IMG/VR virus record: IMGVR_UViG_3300016476_000949
Coordinates: 1-61,994 of that record
Source: a virus
Taxonomy: Duplodnaviria > Caudoviricetes
Length of the DNA stretch: 61,994 nt
Reading direction: 5' to 3' (one strand)
Position numbers and translations under genes: made by a program. Of this stretch, positions 35,485-44,000 are shown piece after piece (position 1 is the stretch's first letter; each line of letters starts with the position of its first letter). Under the pieces are notes generated by a model. It searched no databases and was not told the DNA's origin. It saw only the letters and a program-made list of their open reading frames with translations.

Positions 35485-37032
35485 TTACGCCGCCTCGCGG
35501 TCGACGTGGGGCTTCTGCGGGACGATGACGTCGATCAGCGTCTCCTGCGCGCGGGTGATCATGACGTAGGCGAGGTTGTTCTCTTGTTCGATTTGCCACG
35601 CTTTGCGGGCGTAGCGCGACGGGATCGTGCCGGCCATGTCGAGCAGGAACACGGTCGACCATTCTCTACCTTTTGATTTGTGCCCGGTCGACAGCACCAG
35701 CATGCGGTCGACGTTGTCCTCGAACAGGGACTGGATCGAGGCGACGACGGCCGGGATGTTGTCGTTGCCGGCCTTGCGGCACTCGTCGGCGACGACCAGC
35801 AGCGTCGCGACCTGATCCTCGATGGTTTGGGCGACCAGCTCCCTGCCGGCGGCCTTGGCGCGCGTCACCTGCGCGTCGCGGTAGCGGATCAGGGCGGTCT
35901 CCAGACCGTGGATGGTCTTTACCGATTTCCATTTGGTCGCCAGCTTGATGAGGCCCTTGCCGATATCGCGTCCCTCGACGCGGCACGGGATCTTGCGGCG
36001 GATCAGGTCGAACGCCAGCGCGACGAGCGGCTTGGTGTTGCGGCACAGGATCGCCGAGCCGGCGCCGAGCTGGTTGTGCTCGTAGAGCTGCGCCATGTCG
36101 ATGCTGGTGACGATGCCCTCCGGGGCGCTCTCATGCGCCGTGATGTGGCTCACATAGCCGCGCGCCTTCTCGACGACGCTCTTGGGGCAGCGATAGGTGA
36201 CGGTGAGCGGCAGCTCGATGGCGTTGAAATCGTGCTTGATGAGGTCGAGCGAGTCGCTGTCCGCGCCGGTGAAACCGTAAATCGCCTGATGGCGGTCGCC
36301 GACCGCGACGAGGCGGCCGTCGCGGCGCAGGATGGCGCGCACCAGCGCGCGGCGCGCCGGGTTGGTGTCCTGCGCCTCGTCGACGAAAACCCAGCGATAC
36401 TGCCAGAAGCGGCATTTGTGCAGGACCGGCAGGTAGACCATGTCGTCGAAGTCGATGACCTTCGTTTCGGCGTTGGAGCGGTTCAGGACCCCGATGGCCA
36501 AGGAGATGATCTCCCGGCCGGCGGCTTGCTCCTCCTCCTCCTCGAAGACGTCGAAGTGCTCGACGATGTCCCACCAGCGCTTCGAGTCGTGGATCGAGCC
36601 GATGATCCCCAGCGCGCGCTGCTTGGCGAAGGAAACCAGCTTGGCGATGGTCGTCGAAAAGGTCAGCAGCGGATGATTGAGGGCGACGTCGTTCTCGGCC
36701 GCGATGAGGTCGATGATTTTGAATGTCTTGCGGTCGTCGATCTCCGGCTTGCCGAAGGTCTTCGAGAAGGCGCGCAGGCCAAAGGAGTGGACGGTGCCAG
36801 CCTCGACGTTTTTCCAGTCTACGCCGCGCTTGGCGAGCTTTTCCTTGATTTCGTCGGCGATCTTCTTGTTGTAGGCGAGCATCGCCACGCCGCCGCCAGT
36901 GCGGTCGACGGCCTCAAGCAGGGTGGTGGTCTTGCCGGCGCCGGCGACGGCCTCGACGATGCAGCTGCCAGTCCCGTTGGAAACCCAGTCGAGGAAGGCG
37001 GCTTGCTGCGGGCTCGGAACAAACTTGGACAT
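35485..37032 (-). CDS. UvrD/Rep-like superfamily 1 helicase
   Basis: AVAGAGKTTT, VDEAQD, VGDRHQAIYGF, TYRCP, HKSKGREW, YVMITRA. Confidence 0.92.
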   Translation of the reverse strand: MSKFVPSPQQAAFLDWVSNGTGSCIVEAVAGAGKTTTLLEAVDRTGGGVAMLAYNKKIADEIKEKLAKRGVDWKNVEAGTVHSFGLRAFSKTFGKPEIDDRKTFKIIDLIAAENDVALNHPLLTFSTTIAKLVSFAKQRALGIIGSIHDSKRWWDIVEHFDVFEEEEEQAAGREIISLAIGVLNRSNAETKVIDFDDMVYLPVLHKCRFWQYRWVFVDEAQDTNPARRALVRAILRRDGRLVAVGDRHQAIYGFTGADSDSLDLIKHDFNAIELPLTVTYRCPKSVVEKARGYVSHITAHESAPEGIVTSIDMAQLYEHNQLGAGSAILCRNTKPLVALAFDLIRRKIPCRVEGRDIGKGLIKLATKWKSVKTIHGLETALIRYRDAQVTRAKAAGRELVAQTIEDQVATLLVVADECRKAGNDNIPAVVASIQSLFEDNVDRMLVLSTGHKSKGREWSTVFLLDMAGTIPSRYARKAWQIEQENNLAYVMITRAQETLIDVIVPQKPHVDREAA

Positions 37033-37081
37033 TTCGATCTCCATACGAATCAGAAAGGGCAAGCGCCGGAGCGCCTGCCCT

Positions 37082-37110
37082 CATATTGCAGAAATTTTTT
37101 CTGCGGTCAA
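37082..37110 (-). promoter_or_regulatory. early promoter with palindromic operator, copy 2
   Basis: TTGACC-GCAGAAAAAATTTCTG-CAATAT. Confidence 0.75.
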
Positions 37111-37111
37111 C

Positions 37112-37507
37112 TCACATGTCGTGAATGATCGCCTTGGTCACACGGTCGCCTGCGATGGTTATTTGAAGGATTGCGACGCGTCTTTTGCCTGTTCGTTTGC
37201 CTTCGTTGGCCAGTTCCCGTGTGTCAAAGCAGCATCCTGTTCCGCTGTCTTTGTAGACATTCACCCAGACGGTCCTTTCTTCTGGGACGTTGACAAGGTC
37301 GTTTTCCGATTCTTCTTTTTCGTCTGTAAAGAAATGGAACCCATCGACCGTATATGATCTCAGCTCCTCAGATCCGTCGCTTGCCTTTACGAGCGCGATG
37401 ATCGGGTATTTGGACGATGCGTTTTTTCCTTCTCTGTCGACGCAAATGATGCGCGCCTTGCGGCCGTTGCGCGTCTGGACGGGTTTGGTGGGGTCGAGGT
37501 CGGTCAT
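37112..37507 (-). CDS. conserved phage hypothetical protein
   Basis: KPVQTRNGRKARIIC.DR...YPIIALV...DL...WVNVY. Confidence 0.7.
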   Translation of the reverse strand: MTDLDPTKPVQTRNGRKARIICVDREGKNASSKYPIIALVKASDGSEELRSYTVDGFHFFTDEKEESENDLVNVPEERTVWVNVYKDSGTGCCFDTRELANEGKRTGKRRVAILQITIAGDRVTKAIIHDM

Positions 37508-37510
37508 GGC

Positions 37511-37720
37511 TCAGATCTCCGGGAACAGTTCGGGGCGCTCCATGAACGCCAGCTTGGGGAGGGTGATCTTGGGGCGGTTGCCGTTGCGCAGGTTCTGCGC
37601 TGTGGCGTTCTTCAGGATCCAGCGCTGATAGTAATTCCTATCGGACATGCGCTGCTTGTGCCGCGTCATGACGAGGCTGAAGCCTTTTTCGAGGTTCGCG
37701 TCTTTCATCTTTTGGGTCAT
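37511..37720 (-). CDS. hypothetical protein
   Basis: AGGAGA RBS, start MTQKMK. Confidence 0.5.
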   Translation of the reverse strand: MTQKMKDANLEKGFSLVMTRHKQRMSDRNYYQRWILKNATAQNLRNGNRPKITLPKLAFMERPELFPEI

Positions 37721-37721
37721 T

Positions 37722-38093
37722 TCAATTCTCCTGCGGCAATAGGTGCAAAAGTTTTTGCTGGAGCGCCGAGAGCGCCGCCTCCCGGGTCGGGCCATATCCG
37801 AGCGGCTCGTCGAAGGGAGACGCGCCGCTGTTCTTGACGTTCTTGGCGAATAGATACGCCCTCCAGCGTCGCCATGGATTGGCGACGAGGTCCTTCCTGA
37901 CGATGACATCCCAGCCTTCGCCGCACATGAACCACTGTCCGCCGTCCTTGCTCTTCTGAACGACGACATGGGCCAGCGGCCGGCTGATCAGAATGTCGAT
38001 GACGCCGAGGCACGCCGCCTCGATGGTGTCGTATTCCTTGAAGGTGACGAGCTCGCCGCCGATGCGCTGGCGGACGCGGTAAAGGGCGCTCAC
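37722..38093 (-). CDS. hypothetical protein
   Basis: GGAGG RBS; PLGYGPTREAAL. Confidence 0.55.
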   Translation of the reverse strand: MSALYRVRQRIGGELVTFKEYDTIEAACLGVIDILISRPLAHVVVQKSKDGGQWFMCGEGWDVIVRKDLVANPWRRWRAYLFAKNVKNSGASPFDEPLGYGPTREAALSALQQKLLHLLPQEN

Positions 38094-38296
38094 GGCGCCC
38101 CTCCCGCCTTTCTGGCCTCGCGGTCCTTCCTGATGATCTCTTCCGACTCGATCAGATTGTCGACGGCCTCGCCGGGGGTGTCGCCGACGCCAATCGGCTC
38201 GTCACTGTCGGGCTCCCAGCTGTCGTCGATTGCGCGCCACTGGCCGGTGAAGTCGCAGCGCGACACGATAAATTTCCTGCGCGTCAGGTTCGTCAT
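38090..38296 (-). CDS. hypothetical protein
   Basis: TATGGAGAT RBS; PIGVGDTPGEAVDNL resembles the C-terminus of the downstream gene. Confidence 0.6.
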   Translation of the reverse strand: MTNLTRRKFIVSRCDFTGQWRAIDDSWEPDSDEPIGVGDTPGEAVDNLIESEEIIRKDREARKAGGAP

Positions 38297-38336
38297 ATCC
38301 ATCTCCATATCAATCGGTGGGCCAAGCCCGAATCGG

Positions 38337-38364
38337 ATTATGCAGAAATTTCTTCTACAGTCAA
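38337..38364 (-). promoter_or_regulatory. early promoter with degenerate operator, copy 3
   Basis: TTGACT-GTAGAAGAAATTTCTG-CATAAT. Confidence 0.75.
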
Positions 38365-38412
38365 CAGGGCCCGAATCTGGTCTATTGTTGGTGCGAGTCG
38401 GAGATAACGTCC

Positions 38413-38634
38413 ATGAACAGCCGCACGAAAACGAAACCCCGGGAAGTTGACATCCTCCCTGATGTGGTTGAGGCTCTGGCTGTCGGTGTTTGCACGTTCA
38501 ATTACTCGCCTGATCCTGATGAGCCGCCACGCCCCCATGGGGAGCCCTGCCAGCAGATTTGCGGTTATTGCCTCGCGCACGCCGAGTATCTTTTGGAAAT
38601 TCTGGATGAATATCAGGTAGAGGGAGAATCCTGA
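38413..38634 (+). CDS. hypothetical Cys-containing protein
   Basis: GGAG RBS; CQQICGYC. Confidence 0.45.
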   Translation: MNSRTKTKPREVDILPDVVEALAVGVCTFNYSPDPDEPPRPHGEPCQQICGYCLAHAEYLLEILDEYQVEGES

Positions 38635-38937
38635 ATGTCTGGCAACAATCAGCTTCAGACCATTGTCGAGCGCATTGAGAAGCTCGAAGAGGAGAAGGCG
38701 GCCATCGCCGCCGACATCAAGGACGTCTTTGCCGAGGCCAAGAGCAGCGGCTTCGATCCAAAAATCATCAAGAAGGTGGTCGCGCTGCGCAAGCAGGACA
38801 GCGCAAAGCGTCGCGAGGAGCAGGAATTGCTCGCCGTCTACATGGACGCGCTCGGCATGCTCTCCGACACGCCGCTCGGCCGCGCCGCCGTCGAGCGTGA
38901 ATTTGCCGCCGCCGCCGAGGCCCCGGAGGACTTCTGA
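38635..38937 (+). CDS. gapR: GapR/DUF2312 nucleoid-associated protein
   Basis: QLQTIVERIEKLEEEK...DIKDVFAEAKSSGFDPKIIKKVVALRK...YMDALGM. Confidence 0.9.
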   Translation: MSGNNQLQTIVERIEKLEEEKAAIAADIKDVFAEAKSSGFDPKIIKKVVALRKQDSAKRREEQELLAVYMDALGMLSDTPLGRAAVEREFAAAAEAPEDF

Positions 38938-39047
38938 TGATGAGCAACGAGCTGAACGGGCTCGACAGGGACGTGGCGCAGTTCTTCGTCATTGTCCTTG
39001 TCGCCAGCCTGTGCGCGTGGATCACCTATATGATTGTGGGCGACTGA
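38937..39047 (+). CDS. 36-aa single-TM peptide
   Basis: MMSNELNGLDRDVAQFFVIVLVASLCAWITYMIVGD; GGAGG RBS, TGATG coupling. Confidence 0.5.
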   Translation: MMSNELNGLDRDVAQFFVIVLVASLCAWITYMIVGD

Positions 39048-39049
39048 AT

Positions 39050-39439
39050 GTGCATAAGCTCACGCAGGATGACCTTGATCGCATCGAGGATGCTTTTGGC
39101 GTTCCTCGCAACGGGCCATGGAACAGGTTTGCCGTATCGTATGTGGGACTTTCATTTCCCCTCTCTGCGGGATGGAAGATGCGGCTATTACGTGATGGGG
39201 CCCCCGACAACGCGCCTGTGGCCACGGGAGTCGATCCGAACCATTGGCGTTGGGTGCTTGGAGGATCCGACGACCATGAGGACTTGAAGAAGGTCTCTGT
39301 GAAGGTCGACCCGAAGCAATATGTGCTGCTCCGGGTCGACGCTCTCGAAATGGTCCTCAATGACCTGCGCACGCAGGCCGAGGGTATGAAGAAAGAAATT
39401 CGCGAGCTGCGCGACATGTTGAGCGAGGATGGATGGTGA
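39050..39439 (+). CDS. hypothetical protein
   Basis: Plausible 3' part of ORF 38663-39439; start codon uncertain. Confidence 0.45.
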   Translation: MHKLTQDDLDRIEDAFGVPRNGPWNRFAVSYVGLSFPLSAGWKMRLLRDGAPDNAPVATGVDPNHWRWVLGGSDDHEDLKKVSVKVDPKQYVLLRVDALEMVLNDLRTQAEGMKKEIRELRDMLSEDGW

Positions 39440-39927
39440 TGGCGAAGGCGCCTGTTAAAAATCAGGACGAGAAGCCTGCTGTCGAGAAGCGGCCGGCTCA
39501 TCGGCCGTCGACGTATAAGCCAGAGTATTGCGAGCGAATTATTGAGATGGCCAAGGAGGGTCACGGCCCGGCTTCGTATGCGGCTGAGTTCAATATAGAT
39601 CGCGCTACGTTGTATAAATGGGCCGATACTTACGAAGACTTCCGCACAGCTCTATCGCGTGCAAAGCAATTCGAGCAATTGTGGTGGGAGAACGCGGGTC
39701 GGCAAGGTATGTTTGCAGAGAAGTTCAACGCACTAGTGTGGAAGACTTCAATGCAAGCGCGTTTTCGCGATGACTATACTGAAAGAAAGGTATCAGAAAT
39801 CTCTGGCGTCAACGGCGCGCCGATACAAATACAGTCGCAAGTAATAGATGCTCGCGATCTTGATGAAGATCAGCGTGCGGCTCTAAAGCAGGCGCTGCTC
39901 GCTATTAAGGGAGAGCCGCCGAAATGA
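39439..39927 (+). CDS. terS: terminase small subunit
   Basis: HRPSTYKPEYCE, HTH (IDRATLYKW), WWE..GR, EISGVNGAPI; upstream of terL. Confidence 0.8.
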   Translation: MAKAPVKNQDEKPAVEKRPAHRPSTYKPEYCERIIEMAKEGHGPASYAAEFNIDRATLYKWADTYEDFRTALSRAKQFEQLWWENAGRQGMFAEKFNALVWKTSMQARFRDDYTERKVSEISGVNGAPIQIQSQVIDARDLDEDQRAALKQALLAIKGEPPK

Positions 39928-40187
39928 TTGACGCAAAGTTTGGAGATCACGACAAGATTAGGGATATTGTGAAGGACATCGCAATAATTCTTGAAGAGCA
40001 TCAGCCGAGCAACTTGGACGTCATGCAGTGCTTTGCTTTTTTGCTCGGCCAGACGCTTTCGGATTTTCCAGACGCAGAGACGCTGGATGAGGCCGTCGCC
40101 ATGATGGGCATGCTCACAAGGAGCTCCGCCATGTTGCATCGCGCCAACTGTCTTGACGGCATGAACGTGTCGTCTGCCGCAAACTAA
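39924..40187 (+). CDS. hypothetical protein
   Basis: ATGA coupled, helical. Confidence 0.55.
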   Translation: MIDAKFGDHDKIRDIVKDIAIILEEHQPSNLDVMQCFAFLLGQTLSDFPDAETLDEAVAMMGMLTRSSAMLHRANCLDGMNVSSAAN

Positions 40188-40200
40188 AGGAGAAGGGACC

Positions 40201-40476
40201 ATGTCAGAAGAAAGCGTTCAGGCGCCCGCAGATCAGCCGCCGTCGCAGGACCGCATGGCGGAGGTGATCGCCGCCCTGTCGGGCGCCATGGGGTCTATCG
40301 AGGCCTCTCCCGGGGAGGCGGTCGAGGCGATGGCGTTCCTGATCGGACGCATCATCAGCATGGCGTCGCAGCCCGGCCAGATCGGCGCGAACGTCGAAAG
40401 CGCGAAGGCGTCGATCATCGCCTCGATTGCCGGGCACCAGCGGGCGGCTCTCAATGAAGAGAAGACGCCCGATTGA
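40201..40476 (+). CDS. hypothetical protein (possible paralogue of the upstream gene)
   Basis: AAGGAG RBS; AMAFLIG resembles the upstream CFAFLLG. Confidence 0.55.
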   Translation: MSEESVQAPADQPPSQDRMAEVIAALSGAMGSIEASPGEAVEAMAFLIGRIISMASQPGQIGANVESAKASIIASIAGHQRAALNEEKTPD

Positions 40477-40548
40477 CAAGACATTTTGTCTGGTAATACA
40501 AGTAAGGGGTCGGGCGAATCGTCCGGCCCTTTTCTTATGGAGATCGAT

Positions 40549-40770
40549 ATGACTGGCAGCATCGAACCGACCACTATCTTTGACTGTCGCGAGGTCCGCT
40601 CCAACCAGCAGACGCGAGAGGATCGCGAGGCCGCTATCTCTAAATACCTCAAGCAGGGGCGCGTGACCGCAGAGAAGAGCGTCGCCAAGCGCGCGGCGCA
40701 AAAGGCGGCGGACGCCGCTTGGCGCAAGCAGATGGCAGAGCGGCGCAAGGAGGCGAGTGATGCATCCTGA
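40549..40770 (+). CDS. hypothetical basic protein in a moron-like cassette
   Basis: TTATGGAGATCGATATGAC start, identical to that of the 35366 gene. Confidence 0.65.
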   Translation: MTGSIEPTTIFDCREVRSNQQTREDREAAISKYLKQGRVTAEKSVAKRAAQKAADAAWRKQMAERRKEASDAS

Positions 40771-40972
40771 AAGCATGATTGCCGCCCGCAAGGTTCTCGG
40801 CCTTACGCAGGCCGAGCTCGCGCAGATTCTAGACGTCAACACCCGGACGCCGTCGAGGTGGGAGACCGGCGTCACGCCAATCCCGACCGTGGTCTCCCTG
40901 TTGATCGTCTCCGCCCTCATGTCGGCCGATGTTCGGCGGTTGTTGGGGATCAAGCAGAAGGATGAGGGCTGA
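40760..40972 (+). CDS. XRE-family HTH protein
   Basis: ARKVLGLTQAELAQILDVNTRTPSRWETG..PIP. Confidence 0.85.
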   Translation: MHPESMIAARKVLGLTQAELAQILDVNTRTPSRWETGVTPIPTVVSLLIVSALMSADVRRLLGIKQKDEG

Positions 40973-41001
40973 AGCGCGGTGAGGAATAGTGTAAGATCCC
41001 G

Positions 41002-41028
41002 GGCGGCCTGCGGGCCGCCTTTTCTTTT
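41002..41028 (+). terminator. intrinsic terminator just upstream of terL
   Basis: GGCGGCC-TGCG-GGCCGCC-TTTTCTTTT. Confidence 0.7.
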
Positions 41029-41037
41029 GGGATCGAC

Positions 41038-44000
41038 ATGACAAAACACGTCCAGATTGATGGCAAGCTGATCGACGTCGAGCGCACACTGTTCGAGATC
41101 GAGCGCGCAGACGCCGAGGGCAGCCTTGTCGAATTTGTCAGGCAGGCTTGGCACATCATCGAGCCGGGCCAGCCATACATCCACGGATGGCACATCGACT
41201 TCATCTGTGCCCACCTCGAAGCAATCACGGATGGCGTCGAGCTGGAGGGCGGCGAGCCCTACAATCGCCTCCTGATCAACGTCCCGCCGGGGCCGGGTTG
41301 GGTTGAAAATCTGGTCACGACGGCCCGTGGCCGGGTTCGGCTCGGTGACCTGATGGTCGGCGACATGGTCCTGACACATCGCGGGCGGTATCGGCCGGTG
41401 ACGGCGTGCTACCCAAAGGGCGTTCTCCCAACGCTGCGAATTACCACCAAGGGTGGCCGGGAGACGATTGCAACCCCGGATCACAACTTCCTCACCCCGG
41501 GAGGCTGGGTTGAGGCTGGGCGCCTCCGGGTTGGCGACACGCTCGCATTCGTGACGCCCGTCGAGGATCCTTGTGTCGGGACTGTGTCTCCCGAGGAGGC
41601 GAGACTGCTGGGGTATCTCGTCGGCGACGGATCGATGACGCAGGCAACTGTCGGATTTACAAATCAAGACGAAGACGTCATCGCAGATTTTGAGAGCTGC
41701 GCAGCGTTCTTGGGATTTAAAACGACAAAGACGCTGAGAAACACGCATTGGCAGGTTCGTCTGAATGGTGGAGCCTCTGTGCGGGATTGGCTGGCGAGCT
41801 ACGGTCTTTGTGGAGCAAGTTCATACACAAAGTTCATACCGCAGGCGGTAATCTCGTCGAGCTCTGTCGTCATCAAAAATTTCATCGGGGCGTATTGGTC
41901 TTGCGATGGAATGTTTGATGTTCGGTCAACGCAGGCGAGAGGGTCTCGCTACCGGGCGAGCGCGACAACTGTATCGGAGCGTCTAGCGCGAGACTTGCAG
42001 CACGCCCTATCGCGCATCGGCATAAGGTCTTTACTCAGGAAGAAGTCGCGCGTCCTTGATACCGCTGCGCAGCCCGGAGGCGTTTATCAGTGGTTTAATG
42101 TCGAGGTATACAGCGAGGCTGACACTGCGCGGTTTATCGATATGCCCGGGCTGTCTGCCCGGAAGAATAAAATCGCTTCGGCGTGCTCTCAGCGGCGTTT
42201 CGATGCAGTTCTGAATGAGGATCCCATCGTATCGATTGAGCCGGCTGGCGACCGTGAATGCATGTGCGTGTCGGTCGAGGAGGATCATTCGTTGGTGTGG
42301 GATGACATCGTCGTCCACAATACCATGAAGTCCCTACTGTCGAACGTATTCTGGCCGGCGTGGTGGTGGGGCCCGCGCAACGAGCCCTACAAGCGTTTCC
42401 TGTGCGCGTCGCACTCCCAGTCCCTCGCCATCCGCGACTCGACCAAGATGCGACGCCTCATCGCGTCTCAATGGTATCAGGAGCGATGGGGCGACCGCGT
42501 CACATTGACGAGAGATCAGAATGCAAAGTGTTTGCTGCGCGGCACCCAGATCACGATGGCTGATGGGTCTCTGCGCTCAATCCAAGACGTTCGACCGGGC
42601 GAATATGTTCTGTCCTACGATCTTTCGACGAACAGCATTGTCGCAGACAAGGTCATGCATGTCTGGAGCAATGGGGAGAAGCCTGCGCGCCGGATTACGT
42701 TGTCGGACGGGACATCGATCACCGCCACGCTCAACCACCGGTTGTTCGGCTGGGAGAAGTTCGTCTTCACGCCTGACATGAAAGTGGGCGATCCTCTCGC
42801 CGTTATGGAGCGGTCTCCAAATCAGGCTGGTGATCTTTCGGTTGATGATGCTTTTCTCCTCGCTCTCTGGCTGGCTGAAGGGTCAAAGACTAATTCGAGC
42901 TTCATGTTCTCCAACGGCGACCCATTGATTTTGGCGCGTGTCAGAAAGATTGCACTGAAGCGCGGATGGTCAGTCAGGAATGTCGCGGGATACGATTATC
43001 TTCTGACATCCGGCGCGCAGACAGGTGATACGCCTATGGGCGTTCTGAAGAGATATCTTGGGACTGACCGGTCGTATGGAAGCAGAACGAAGCTGGCAAA
43101 AACCACCGCCGACGAGATTCGCATCCCGCCTGCCGTATTTTCTGCATCCGACGCCTCCGTTCGCGAGTTCGTCAGCACCTACATTGCCACTGACGGCTGT
43201 GTGACCAACGGCCAGAATCACGCCCTCGACATTGTGACGGTTAGCGAAAGAATGGCGCGAGATTTTGCCGCGCTGCTGAAACGCTTCGGCGTCAGTGCCA
43301 GCATTTACTCGCAAAAAATGACTTTTACCTACAAAGGCGAGCGCAAGACTGGACGAACCGCATGGCGAACGATTGTTCGCTCTGGCGGCGAGATCGCCAA
43401 GCTGGCCGATCTGCATCTTTACGGGAAGGACGAAAAATTCCGTGGGCTGCTCGCGTGGTGTCAGACCAAAAAGCGTCATGAGGGCGCAAGGAGCGCCTGC
43501 ATCCCGCCGCACGACCTTTGCCCGACGCGGTGGAGTTCAAAGCGAACGGCGGTCGAACGCGCCGAGTTGGCTGGGGATCACAGCCTTGCCGCGCGCCTGA
43601 CTGGCGGGTTGTCGTGGAGAAAAATCGTCGCCATCGAGGAGGTCGAACTCTGCGAGACTTGGCACATGGAAACGGAGCGGACGCATCTTTTCTTCGCTGA
43701 AGGCGTTTTGAGCCACAACACCAAATTCGAAACAACTGCAACCGGCTTTCGAGAAGCCGTCGCCGCCGGCTCAATTACCGGCTCTCGCGGTGACGTGGTC
43801 ATCATCGATGACCCTCACAGCGTTGAGGGCGCCGCCTCTGATGCAATGCGTCAATCTACCCTCGAATGGTTCACCGAGGCCGTTCCTACGCGGTTGAACA
43901 ACCCAAGGAGGAGCGCCATCGTCGTCATCATGCAGAGGCTGCATGAGGAGGACGTCTCTGGCGTCATCATCAATCGCAAGCTCGGTTACGACCACATCAT

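Noticed and set aside
39911-39927. 15-bp match GAGCCGCCGAAATGA between the ends of terS and the 27666 gene
   Set aside because: A single short match between unrelated loci that could be chance; no supporting structure
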